Source: an uncultured Methanobrevibacter sp.
GTDB taxonomy: Archaea > Methanobacteriota > Methanobacteria > Methanobacteriales > Methanobacteriaceae
Reading direction: 5' to 3'
Length of the DNA stretch: 64,000 nucleotides
Assembly: GCA_900320955.1 (NCBI GenBank)
Contig: ONUN01000002.1
Location: forward strand, 502 to 64,501
Shown: one piece after another, positions 9,508 through 19,338 of the stretch
How positions within the stretch are numbered: position 1 is the first letter of the stretch
Layout: every line of letters starts with the position of its first letter
Made by a program: the position numbers and the translations under genes
Notes under the pieces: model-generated
Seen by the model: only the letters and a program-made list of their open reading frames with translations
The model's database searches: none
What the model was told of the DNA's origin: nothing

Positions 9508-10284
9508 TCACTGCCTCTTAAATGTTTCCGGATTCAAAACAAGTGATTCGGATGCCGGATTTATCACAAGATCATCTTTTGCAACATTCACCAAATCAGA
9601 GAAATTATATGCCTGAGGATAAACCTCTTCAGAGTATTTTTCAAAAATCTTTTTGAACTCATCAATGTCTGTAAACAATGGAATGTGCGGTTTCTTGTCA
9701 TTGTCCCATATTATGGCAAAGCTTGTGCCATTCGGCAAGTCAACACAGCCTACAATCATCTGGGATGACATGAGCGCTTCTCTTAATTCATCATCGCTCA
9801 GGTCATTTTTGCCCAGAAGTTCTCTCAGTGCGTCAGGTCTAAAATCAAACTGGGCCAAAAACGCTTCAATGGGCATGTTCAAGTCAAATTCAGTGAATGG
9901 GTTGATTGAGATTATGGAATACCTGTCGCTTTGGGCAAGCATTCCTGCCAGGTCACTCATATACATCACCATTACTGATGTGTGGACGCCTGCCTTCTGC
10001 ATCATCTCTTCACTTGTAAATAACGGAACTGCCTTGTTTCCCTTATCGTCGGTTAGAAATTGGATGCTGAAACCCTTTGGGCCTTCAATTACATCTCCAG
10101 GTTTAGAGTTTTCGATACCCTCGAATATATCCTCTCCAAAATCAACAGGCAGGAAGAGTCTGGATTCCTTCAACACTTCAAAAAACTCCCTTTGCATTTG
10201 GGGAGTTATGTCCTGTTGAATCAGTTCCTCCAAACGGGAATTGTCAATTTCTGTGTCATTCTTTAAGTTTTCCTCATCCATCAT
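9508..10284 (-). CDS. SseB-family protein (two SseB-like domains)
   Basis: Duplicated 'PLFT..E' and 'INP' motifs; acidic composition. Confidence 0.8.
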   Translation of the reverse strand: MMDEENLKNDTEIDNSRLEELIQQDITPQMQREFFEVLKESRLFLPVDFGEDIFEGIENSKPGDVIEGPKGFSIQFLTDDKGNKAVPLFTSEEMMQKAGVHTSVMVMYMSDLAGMLAQSDRYSIISINPFTEFDLNMPIEAFLAQFDFRPDALRELLGKNDLSDDELREALMSSQMIVGCVDLPNGTSFAIIWDNDKKPHIPLFTDIDEFKKIFEKYSEEVYPQAYNFSDLVNVAKDDLVINPASESLVLNPETFKRQ

Positions 10285-10374
10285 ATCACCGCATTTAGTT
10301 TCAGTTCAAATACCACTGAATCCGACAGATATAATCCTGATTTTTATTTGAAAATCCCATTAGGGCCTTTGATT

Positions 10375-10671
10375 TTAAAGCTTTCCCTGCAATGCTTCCT
10401 GGACTTTTTCATATTCTTCCAATTCGCAATATAGCAATGCAAGATTATTCCTTAAAGGACAATCGTCAGGATTTGTTTCAACTCCTTTTTTAAGTATTTT
10501 CAATGCTTCATCATTTTCACCCAGTTTATGAAGTGAAAATCCTTTATAGCATATTGCTTTTGGATTGTATGGGAATTGACCAAGTATTTCATCACATTTT
10601 TCTATTAAAGCTTCATAATCTTGTTTTTCGTATAGTTCATCACATTCTTTTATTTGATTTTCAAAATTCAT
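10375..10671 (-). CDS. Small TPR protein
   Basis: AICYKGFSLHKLGENDEAL…NNLALLY TPR pattern, AGGTGA SD. Confidence 0.8.
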   Translation of the reverse strand: MNFENQIKECDELYEKQDYEALIEKCDEILGQFPYNPKAICYKGFSLHKLGENDEALKILKKGVETNPDDCPLRNNLALLYCELEEYEKVQEALQGKL

Positions 10672-10730
10672 ATTTATCACCTATTTATTACATATCTTTT
10701 TATTATTACCAATATAATTAACTATATGGC

Positions 10731-11195
10731 TTAATCATATAATGCGGCTAAAAAACCAAAAAGCATGCCTCCGCACTTGGGACATTTATTGCTGTCGCCT
10801 GTTATCAGTTCCAGTTTCCTTCCGCATTTTGGACATTCACCATATTCGTCTTCTGGGCCAACGGCACCTTTTAGCATTGGATTCTTTTTTCGAAGGACAT
10901 ATTTTTCATCCAAATAGTCCTTAAATTCATTTTCATCTGTTTCAAGTGAACTTATTATCTTTTCAACGTTTTCTCCATCATCATTATGGCAGAAATTCAC
11001 ATCTTCAAGGCAGTGGGGACAGAATGATGGAATTATCCTTCCATTAATTTTGCTGTCACGCCCCATGTCAAATGTAAGCATTCCTGTTGAATGTATGACA
11101 ATGCAGTTTGTTTTTTCATCGATAAAATACCTTAAATCATGGTCTTCGATTGTAAAATCGCATTTTTGACACATATAGTGTATCAGCTCTCCCAT
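10731..11195 (-). CDS. Multi-CxxC zinc-ribbon hypothetical protein
   Basis: Four CxxC pairs (CQKC, CPHC, CPKC, CPKC). GGAGTGA SD before ATG 11195. Confidence 0.75.
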   Translation of the reverse strand: MGELIHYMCQKCDFTIEDHDLRYFIDEKTNCIVIHSTGMLTFDMGRDSKINGRIIPSFCPHCLEDVNFCHNDDGENVEKIISSLETDENEFKDYLDEKYVLRKKNPMLKGAVGPEDEYGECPKCGRKLELITGDSNKCPKCGGMLFGFLAALYD

Positions 11196-11196
11196 A

Positions 11197-12108
11197 TTAT
11201 TGATCACTCCTTTTTTGCTGGCAGAATTTTTCAAAGTCATTGCATATTTCAAAGATACAATCCATTTGCGGAATGTCGCCAATCCACTCTTCTGGAATAT
11301 CTTCATATCCATAATATATTCCGGCAAGCCCTCCAGTAATGGCTGCAACCGTATCTGTGTCACGGCCGAGATTTACCGCTTTAAGGACAGCGCTCTTATA
11401 GTTTTCAGTTTCCAAAAGGCAGTAGAGAACAGCTTCAAGGGTTTTTATGACATAGCTTCTTCCTTCAGTGACATGAAAATCCATATCAAATATATCCTGA
11501 AACTCATCCAAATCCTGTGAGCCTTCATAATATTTCCTGATTTTTTCACAGGCCATTCGTATATGCTCTTCGATTTTTAAGTCGTTTTCAAGCATTGACT
11601 TTGCTATTTCTATATAAAGCACACAGGAGATTTTGGATTTCGGATGGGCATGTGTAATGCCGGAGACGCTTTCGATTTCATCATATGTAATTCCCGGAAT
11701 ATATGCCAAAGGCAGTATTCTCATCAGAGATCCGTTTCCGTTGTCGTATTCGTCACTTCCTCCGCATTCGCTAATTGGATATCCTCTCTCGAACCTGTCA
11801 ATAGATTCGATTGTGGTGTTTCCGTAGTCGAACACTTCGTATTGGCAGTATTTTGATTGTCTGGCATATGCAACAAACTCTTTCATTATGTCTTCAGGGT
11901 CTATTGCATTTTTTGCTGCAATGCTGTGCATGGTTGCAAGTGTCAGTGAGGTATCGTCTGACCATGTTCCCTTTGGCTGGTCATATGTTCCATGACCCAT
12001 CATTCCGGTTACCGGATTTTCAATCAGCTGTTGCCTTGATGTGAACTCCACCGGCACTCCTAGTGCGTCTCCTACTGTCAAACCTACTATTCCATCTCTT
12101 ATTTTCAT
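11197..12108 (-). CDS. ADP-ribosylglycohydrolase (DraG/ARH family)
   Basis: GDALG, WSDDT, GNGSLMR, TH and DTDT motifs all present. Confidence 0.93.
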   Translation of the reverse strand: MKIRDGIVGLTVGDALGVPVEFTSRQQLIENPVTGMMGHGTYDQPKGTWSDDTSLTLATMHSIAAKNAIDPEDIMKEFVAYARQSKYCQYEVFDYGNTTIESIDRFERGYPISECGGSDEYDNGNGSLMRILPLAYIPGITYDEIESVSGITHAHPKSKISCVLYIEIAKSMLENDLKIEEHIRMACEKIRKYYEGSQDLDEFQDIFDMDFHVTEGRSYVIKTLEAVLYCLLETENYKSAVLKAVNLGRDTDTVAAITGGLAGIYYGYEDIPEEWIGDIPQMDCIFEICNDFEKFCQQKRSDQ

Positions 12109-13175
12109 TGTATCACTCCATTAAAACATTTGATTTTTGGTTTATTCTCCTGTTCAAGGGGAAATCCTTTTGGTTTTTGAATCATCGGCCAGCCGACGCC
12201 ACCCCTTTTGATTTCAAACTGTCCTGAATATATCAGATTGCCATCTTCATCATAGGCATTGCCTTTGAAGGGTGCGTTTGGACCATAGCCTCTGGTGAGA
12301 CTCCACTCGCCTTCGAATCGAAGTTGTCCGGAAGGATAATATTCCTTTCCCTGAGCTATTCCCTTAATGTCAAATATGCCTTCACGGTATAGGGTTCCGT
12401 CTTCAAAATATGCCTTTCCGAAACCGTATGGGTCACCGTATAGTGCATATCCTTCATATGCCAGCTTTCCGCTTTCATAAAATATCTTTTTGGGCTCAAT
12501 TTTATCACGGGGATAATAGTTGACCTTGTCATAGAATTTAGATTCTGAAATTATGATTTCACCTCCTTCATCCGGCCTGCAGGTTTTGCCGATTACATCA
12601 ATCAGATACTGCAGACCTTCGCCGGCGCTGATTTCAAATCCGTTTTCAGCAAGAAATTCAAACAGATTCACTTTTGCATCGCTAGACGATATCCTTACAT
12701 GGTAATGTCTGCTTTTTAGCCTTGAAGAATACTGTCTCACATGCCTTGTGAATTCTTCGATTGAAAGTGGTGATTGTGATTTGAGATTCACCTTCCACGC
12801 TTCAGCGTACTTTTCCCTTTCAATCAGTTCATCTTGCCTTAAGCTGAGGCATGTATCATAGTTCATTTTCATGAATGCTAGGGATGTTTCGTCGCTTACT
12901 TCAATCTTGAAAATCTTTTCAAAGCCTTCGATGGCCTTGTCGTATTGCTCCATATCCATCAGCGCCTCTGCCCTGATGTAGTGATGATATGGATTATCAA
13001 GGCAATTTGACTTGTCAAGAACATCCAGTGCCTCCTGAGGTCTATCGAGAAAGCGCAGGCTTGTTGCCTTATAGCTTATTGCCTTTTGGTTTTCTGGAAT
13101 TTCATCGCAAAGTAAAATAACCCGTTCAAAATCTTTTTTTGAAAATGCGTTTTCAATTAAATCCATTATAGCCAT
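12105..13175 (-). CDS. TPR + MORN-variant (YwqK-like) repeat protein
   Basis: N-terminal TPRs; C-terminal repeats YESGKLAYEG / YFEDGTLYREG / YYPSGQLRFEG / YDEDGNLIYSG. GGTGA SD at ATG 13175; an upstream in-frame start near 13415 is also possible. Confidence 0.75.
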   Translation of the reverse strand: MAIMDLIENAFSKKDFERVILLCDEIPENQKAISYKATSLRFLDRPQEALDVLDKSNCLDNPYHHYIRAEALMDMEQYDKAIEGFEKIFKIEVSDETSLAFMKMNYDTCLSLRQDELIEREKYAEAWKVNLKSQSPLSIEEFTRHVRQYSSRLKSRHYHVRISSSDAKVNLFEFLAENGFEISAGEGLQYLIDVIGKTCRPDEGGEIIISESKFYDKVNYYPRDKIEPKKIFYESGKLAYEGYALYGDPYGFGKAYFEDGTLYREGIFDIKGIAQGKEYYPSGQLRFEGEWSLTRGYGPNAPFKGNAYDEDGNLIYSGQFEIKRGGVGWPMIQKPKGFPLEQENKPKIKCFNGVIQ

Positions 13176-13832
13176 GTTATCACCGAAAAAATACTTTCGA
13201 CAATTCATCCAAAACGCCTGTAGTGGTGGTGGTAAGAATTGGTATATATATTTTGTTAATATAATGTTAGTAACAAGGGCCTTATAAATGTTTGCAATTT
13301 CATCAGGAAAAACAACGACAGACTTCAATAAGCCTGTGCAGTTCAGAGAAAAAGTCATTTGTTTCATGTTCTTATGTCTTATTGCTGATTTCACCAATTT
13401 AGACCGTTTAAACATTTTTTTCACCTTTTCCAGATATAATTTTTAGCATTTGATTGTAATTTAAAAATCGTGTGTCAAATATTAATTCCATATTTATATA
13501 TTCCAATTTAAATTATAAAAAGATTATAGTTCTATTCAACAATTTCAGCGATTTTCACTTATCAAATGCAGTTGTTTATCCCAATTATGAATTGGATATT
13601 CAACCGTGACCCATATCATTGAACATACATCAAATCATGGCAAATACCTTATATTAATACACCATTCATGCATGCAAACATTGGAAAGAATGAAAAAAAT
13701 ATATTGAAAGACCAAGAAAAAAACATAATCGTTTTTTAATCCAAATCATCTAATCTTTTTGAAAAAACAAGTTTATATGCATTTTTTTCTACAAAATATT
13801 TATATAATATCTTCTATTAAAATAAGAATAGG

Positions 13833-15422
13833 ATGTTTTTGGAGAGTATTAGTGGGGTTTTTTTAAAATCCAAAAAATATTGGTTAATCTATTTAATATT
13901 CATTGCTATCACATGCATGTCTACACTATCGGCGAAGAACTTCGAGAAGCCAGAGTTTGTAGTGGCAACGTTTGTAATTGTTGCAGTGCTTGGTATAGCC
14001 TGTATTGTCTATTATTTCATGCATGACTCTGAAAATGAGCTGTATAAGGTTGCATTCGTTATTATTCTATGTTTTGGAATTATGTCTTCATTGATTGTGC
14101 CTATTGTAGACGTCAGCGATGAATTGGAACATCTTACACGGGCGGAAATCACGTCCCAAGGAGTTATTTTCCCCCATTGGGAGGGGGGAGAAAAGAATCT
14201 TACCCAACTGTACAATCACACCAATGAAGGAAAGTACAGTACAGCCTTAAATACTGATGTTGGTTTCTGGACATCTGAAAGCCATATGTTTTTCCTGCAA
14301 AACCGGGAAAAAACGGTTTTTGACACGCCCGGAGATACTGATAAGATTTCCAAAACCCAAATACTTGACGGATCTGCCTTCGAGCAAAATCCGTTTTATG
14401 GATACCTGCCACAGGCAATTGGTGTTTTTATAGCCAAGCTATTTGACATGAATGTTATTTGGATGCTGTGGCTCGGCAGGATATTCAATTTAATTTCCTA
14501 TGCATTCATAATCTCTTTTGCCATCAAAAAGACACCGGTGCTGAAGATTCCGCTTTTGGCCGTTGCATGTATACCCCTTTCGATTTATCAGGCTGCATCA
14601 GTAAGTATTGATTCGATGATAATCGGTTTGGGAATACTTACAATAGCTTATTTCCTATACATGTACAAGGCAGAAGCCAAATCCCTTGATACGAAGCACG
14701 TCGCAATATTCTGTGGACTTGCATTGCTTTTGGGTCTTTGCAAACTGCCTTATCTGGCATTCGTGTTTTTGATATTGCTGGTTCCTAGAGGCAACTTTAA
14801 GGATGAAAAAATCCTATGGTACATGCTTTTAGGCATTCTGATTGTCTCCATTGCAGGCATACTGTGGAGCAGCTATTCAGAACCGGCTTTGATGCATTCA
14901 TGGAGATCAAAACTTAATTATATGGATCCTGCATTGCAGGCCAAATATCTTATTAACAATCCGTTTGAAATTTTGAGATTTTTAAGGCTCATTTTCACAT
15001 ATACATTGGGCATTACAGTAAACGGTCTTTTCAATTTCTTTTCAGCAGGCAGCGCAAACCATTACTCTGACCAATATACACTCATTACAATACTCCTATG
15101 GATATTCCTGTCTGTCACATTACTGTTTTATCCAAACAAAGGCAAGTTCACTAACAAAGCAAGACTGGGTTCACTTATCATATTGCTGATGATATATGTG
15201 GGAACATGCTTCATTCAACTTTTGACATGGGCAGACGTTGGAAGTACAAATATAGGAGTCAGTGCAAGATACTTTTTACCTTTGTTTGCATTGCTTCCAA
15301 TCATAGTGCCGTTCAGCATAAAAATGGATAAATTCAATAGGAGCTACGACAAATATGCAATGATTTTTATCATTGGTTTTATGGCCACTTTAATATTGGC
15401 TTTTGCAACGAAATATTATTGA
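13833..15422 (+). CDS. DUF2142-family polytopic membrane protein (GT-C-like)
   Basis: P..DVSDE.EH..RA loop motif, YLPQAIG, CKLPY and RYFLP; many TM helices. Confidence 0.85.
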   Translation: MFLESISGVFLKSKKYWLIYLIFIAITCMSTLSAKNFEKPEFVVATFVIVAVLGIACIVYYFMHDSENELYKVAFVIILCFGIMSSLIVPIVDVSDELEHLTRAEITSQGVIFPHWEGGEKNLTQLYNHTNEGKYSTALNTDVGFWTSESHMFFLQNREKTVFDTPGDTDKISKTQILDGSAFEQNPFYGYLPQAIGVFIAKLFDMNVIWMLWLGRIFNLISYAFIISFAIKKTPVLKIPLLAVACIPLSIYQAASVSIDSMIIGLGILTIAYFLYMYKAEAKSLDTKHVAIFCGLALLLGLCKLPYLAFVFLILLVPRGNFKDEKILWYMLLGILIVSIAGILWSSYSEPALMHSWRSKLNYMDPALQAKYLINNPFEILRFLRLIFTYTLGITVNGLFNFFSAGSANHYSDQYTLITILLWIFLSVTLLFYPNKGKFTNKARLGSLIILLMIYVGTCFIQLLTWADVGSTNIGVSARYFLPLFALLPIIVPFSIKMDKFNRSYDKYAMIFIIGFMATLILAFATKYY

Positions 15423-15435
15423 TTTGAGGGGAAAA

Positions 15436-17028
15436 ATGAGTTTAAATGAATTTAAGGACGTGTTAATATCATCAAAAAAGTATTGGCTGATATATTTGGT
15501 CCTGATAATTGTTTTGGGTCTTTCAACCGTCAGTTATAGATGTTTGTTGGATCCCACTTATGAGATTTACACATTGCTTTTAGTTGCGGTTCTGGGCATT
15601 CTTTGCATAGTGTATTATTTTATGCACGATTCGGATCAGGAATTGTACAAGGTTGCCTTTGTAATTATACTGTGCTTTGGGATTTTTACATCATTCATAG
15701 TGCCTATCTGCGATGTAAGTGACGAAACAGAACATCTCGCAAGAGCCGAGATAACTTCAAGAGGAGTACTGATTCCTCATTGGACAGGAGAAGATTTAGG
15801 ATATGAAAGGGCTTACAACGTATCTGTAGGTCATAGACCAGTAGTATATAATAAAGGTTCGGGATTCGCATCTATTGAAGCTATGAACGATATAACGGCC
15901 AGTTTAGGTAAAACGGTATTCACTACGCCTTATGATAAGATAAAAATAGATTATACGCCAACAATACTAATTTCAGCATTTGAACAAAATCCATTTTATG
16001 GATATCTGCCTCAGGCTGCAGGTATGGACGTTGCCAAGCTGCTGGACTTGAATGTAATTTGGATGCTGTGGCTCGGACGGATTTTTAATCTAATCTTTTA
16101 TGCAGGAGTAATAGCCCTGGCAATTAAAAAGACGCCCGTATTGAAAATGCCGTTGCTTGCCGTTGCATGTATACCCATTTCGATTTACCAGGCGTCTTCG
16201 CTAAGTATAGACTCGATGATAATCGGTCTTGCAATACTTGCCATTGCACTTTTCCTAAGGATGTATAAGGCGGACCGGAACTCGCTTGGCGTCAAGCATG
16301 TCGTATTGTTTTCTTTATTATGCCTGATTCTGGGTCTGTGTAAGCTGCCGTATCTGGCATTCATATTCTTCCTGCTACTGATTCCATTCGAAAACTTTGA
16401 AAAGGGTAAAAAAATCATTCCTTATATGCTTGTGTGCATAGCGATTGTTGGAATAATTGGAGTTATGTGGAGCAGATATTCAGAACCGACACTGATGCAT
16501 TCATGGAGAGCCAGGCTACGTTACCTAGACCCTGCAGGACAGAGAAAATATATCATGTCAAATCCAGGTTTCCTTGGAAATTTCTTCGGTCAGATTTTCA
16601 CATATAACATAGCCAAGATCCTATACGGTACATTCAATTTCTTCGGAGGGGCTCAAAGGACACATTACGCAGACAGCTACCACCTCATAGTGGCTACATT
16701 ACTGCTGTTTTTAGCGGTTATGTTGCTTGCCTATCCGAAAAGAGTGAAATTCAATAAAAGAACAAGGATTGGAACACTGTTCATTGTACTGGTAATATAT
16801 GTTGGAACATGCTTAATCCAGCTTTTGACATGGGCAAGTGTCGGAAATTTAAATCTGGGTCTTTCAGCCCGGTACTTCGTGCCGTTATTTGCACTGTTCC
16901 CAATTATAGGAACATTTAAGATAGGCCGGCTGGAACGCTTTAAGGACAATATCGACAAGTACGCCATGATTTTCATTATATCATTCATGGCAGTCATGAT
17001 TCTGTCGTTTGCCACAAAGTATTATTAG
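15436..17028 (+). CDS. DUF2142-family membrane protein, tandem paralog
   Basis: Same motifs as the upstream gene; GAGGGG SD before ATG 15436. Confidence 0.85.
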   Translation: MSLNEFKDVLISSKKYWLIYLVLIIVLGLSTVSYRCLLDPTYEIYTLLLVAVLGILCIVYYFMHDSDQELYKVAFVIILCFGIFTSFIVPICDVSDETEHLARAEITSRGVLIPHWTGEDLGYERAYNVSVGHRPVVYNKGSGFASIEAMNDITASLGKTVFTTPYDKIKIDYTPTILISAFEQNPFYGYLPQAAGMDVAKLLDLNVIWMLWLGRIFNLIFYAGVIALAIKKTPVLKMPLLAVACIPISIYQASSLSIDSMIIGLAILAIALFLRMYKADRNSLGVKHVVLFSLLCLILGLCKLPYLAFIFFLLLIPFENFEKGKKIIPYMLVCIAIVGIIGVMWSRYSEPTLMHSWRARLRYLDPAGQRKYIMSNPGFLGNFFGQIFTYNIAKILYGTFNFFGGAQRTHYADSYHLIVATLLLFLAVMLLAYPKRVKFNKRTRIGTLFIVLVIYVGTCLIQLLTWASVGNLNLGLSARYFVPLFALFPIIGTFKIGRLERFKDNIDKYAMIFIISFMAVMILSFATKYY

Positions 17029-17040
17029 TTAAAAAAAAGG

Positions 17041-17068
17041 AATTGGGGATTGGACACAATCTCTAATT
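17041..17068. terminator. Hairpin between convergent genes
   Basis: AATTGGGGATTG-GACA-CAATCTCTAATT stem near A/T tracts. Confidence 0.45.
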
Positions 17069-17136
17069 TCAACCCCTCAAAGAACACCATTCATTATTTT
17101 TTTTATCCTCGACTTAAAAAGAAGTCAGGGCACACA

Positions 17137-17835
17137 TTACAAACCCATCATAATAATAATAAACGAAAATGCATCCGTAAAGAGATGGGACATATATGGA
17201 ACTAACAGATTCTTGGTTTTTGCATATCCATACATTTCAACAAGTGATCCTAAACCCTGCAAAAGCAATACTGATGCTATTGATGTTGATGAAGGATCAT
17301 AATGCAGAAAAGCAAAGAAAACCAATACGATAATCATTGATGATACAAATGAAAGGTTTCTTTTATTTGTATATTTGAAAAAAACCCTCATGAAAAACAT
17401 AAGCGGAATGAACTTCAGCAATTCCTCAGCCATCATTGAAAAGAGAAGTGAAACCAGACTTACAAAGGTGATATCTGAAGACACAGGAGGGCTGGTGGGC
17501 ATTAGCTGGAACATTTCCAGAACTGAAGCCATCAATAATGAATAGGCCAGATATATGACAAACATCAAAAATGCAAGGATTATCTCATTTTTAGTTGGCC
17601 TTTGAAATATCAGTTTATAATCCCAGTTTGAAAAATACAGCAAAGGAACCAGAAGAACCATACAGAATATTATGCTTGACAAAAGTTCATCAAATGAAAA
17701 AAGAATATAGCAGATATATGATACCGGTATCAAAAGCAGCAATATAAGCCATACCCCTTTAGACAACCGTGGATTATGCCTATAATACGGAAAATCCCTT
17801 TCTTCATCAAAGGTCAATAATTTCAAAATAATCAC
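17137..17835 (-). CDS. CPBP (CAAX/Abi) family intramembrane metalloprotease
   Basis: EELLKF, FAFLH and SHLFTD motifs in a polytopic protein; true start may be TTG 17826. Confidence 0.85.
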   Translation of the reverse strand: MIILKLLTFDEERDFPYYRHNPRLSKGVWLILLLLIPVSYICYILFSFDELLSSIIFCMVLLVPLLYFSNWDYKLIFQRPTKNEIILAFLMFVIYLAYSLLMASVLEMFQLMPTSPPVSSDITFVSLVSLLFSMMAEELLKFIPLMFFMRVFFKYTNKRNLSFVSSMIIVLVFFAFLHYDPSSTSIASVLLLQGLGSLVEMYGYAKTKNLLVPYMSHLFTDAFSFIIIMMGL

Positions 17836-18411
17836 CTACATGAATTTTCGCCCAGGCTCGAATGCATCCGAAATTTTATCGCCCATCCTGAAATATGAAT
17901 GGGTGACATCATCATATGCCAAAGGATTAAGATTTTCAAAAATAATTTTGCCTTTATCGTCCACTACACTTTCATCCGCCTGAACGTTGACAATTTCACC
18001 TGTGACTTGAGTGTGTGAGCCGACTTCAACAATATGCATCACCCTGCATTCAACAGAAACCTTAAACTCTTCAATTATAGGTGCATTGACAATTTCAGCA
18101 TCCCTATATGAAAAGTTAACCTTTTCCAGCTTGTTTTGTCTGTATCCTGATTCGATTCCGAAGTAATCCGTTTCATCCATATGCTCACAGCTTGGAAAGC
18201 CAATGCAGAATTCGTTGGTTTTTAAAATGTCTGCAAGTGTTTTTCTTTTGAGTGTTGAATTGATTGCAATCATAACCGCAGGAGGGTGATGAGAGCACAT
18301 TGCTGCAAAAGCAAGGGTGCAACAGTCAGGATTTCCATCCTCATCATATGCGCTTGCAACAACTGCAGGTGCAGGATACATAATGGTACGAGGCTTTAAA
18401 CTAATCTTCAT
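17836..18411 (-). CDS. Flavin reductase family protein (flavoredoxin-like)
   Basis: YPAPAVV, PP.VMI, FGIESG…K, API.EE…ECRV and GSHT…GEI motifs. Confidence 0.88.
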   Translation of the reverse strand: MKISLKPRTIMYPAPAVVASAYDEDGNPDCCTLAFAAMCSHHPPAVMIAINSTLKRKTLADILKTNEFCIGFPSCEHMDETDYFGIESGYRQNKLEKVNFSYRDAEIVNAPIIEEFKVSVECRVMHIVEVGSHTQVTGEIVNVQADESVVDDKGKIIFENLNPLAYDDVTHSYFRMGDKISDAFEPGRKFM

Positions 18412-18448
18412 GATAATTTATTTATTTGATTATAATATAAATAACTAT

Positions 18449-19324
18449 ATGAACAGGTTAAAAACAGCTAGAATAATTTCAGATACAACAAATCCCCCAA
18501 TACTCTGCATCCCATTATTTTTGATAATGTGTGTTGTACTGTCATTTGAAAATGGGGAGTTCAACATGTCCAAATTCATTGTTTTGGAATTGATTTCACT
18601 TGTTTTTTCATCAATTTTACCTATGATAATTATATTAACCTGGGCAAAAAAGCTTGGAACCGACAAGGACATATCCAACAGAACAGACAGGTTTGTCCCA
18701 TTGATTGTGGGCATAACTTCCTATTTCATTGGATTTTTGGTATCCTATTTCATAGGATTAAGCAATTTTTTGACAATCCTTCTTCTATGCTATGCAGTGA
18801 ATACATTCATTGTAATGATAATAACATTCAAATGGAAAATCAGCGTTCACACCACCGGTTTAAGCGGACCTGTCGGTGCTCTGATATTGCTTTTAGGACC
18901 ATTCGGTGCAATATTTGGAATATTATATCCAATACTTATCTGGTCAAGGGTTCTTTTAAAAAAGCATACTCTGGCTCAGGCAATCTGCGGTGCGGCTCAG
19001 GGCTTTTTCCTGACAATATTTGAAATGTATCTTTTTGTTGATGTGCTGAAACTGCCGTTAGGTGAAATAATAAGCCTGGAACTTGCAACACTATTCATAT
19101 TGGCAATCATAGTCACTCCAATAATACTTGGATTTTTAAGCTATCTGAATGTAAAAAAAGCAAAAATGGTATTTTATTTACTTGAAACTATTTTATTTGT
19201 GATGTTTCTTGTATTTACGCCGATTGACGTGTTTATAATATTTGTTTTAGTCAGCCTAACTTCAATACTGATAAGCTACTATGCAGGCGAGGATTTTATC
19301 TGGTATAAAAAAATAATAAAATAA
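18449..19324 (+). CDS. PAP2-like integral membrane protein
   Basis: WKISVH…WSRV.LKKHT.AQ motif; ATG 18449. Confidence 0.75.
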   Translation: MNRLKTARIISDTTNPPILCIPLFLIMCVVLSFENGEFNMSKFIVLELISLVFSSILPMIIILTWAKKLGTDKDISNRTDRFVPLIVGITSYFIGFLVSYFIGLSNFLTILLLCYAVNTFIVMIITFKWKISVHTTGLSGPVGALILLLGPFGAIFGILYPILIWSRVLLKKHTLAQAICGAAQGFFLTIFEMYLFVDVLKLPLGEIISLELATLFILAIIVTPIILGFLSYLNVKKAKMVFYLLETILFVMFLVFTPIDVFIIFVLVSLTSILISYYAGEDFIWYKKIIK

Positions 19325-19338
19325 GATGTTGAAACATC

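Noticed and set aside
9653-10219. 188-aa plus-strand ORF and other antisense ORFs in the track (e.g. 36933-37382, 39483-39896, 35527-35913)
   Set aside because: They are shadows of well-supported genes on the opposite strand, with no SD and no motifs.
18317-18448. N-terminal extension of the PAP2-like ORF, and similar long starts at 3337, 11363 and 42678
   Set aside because: They overlap neighbouring genes or promoters; downstream ATGs with better context fit.
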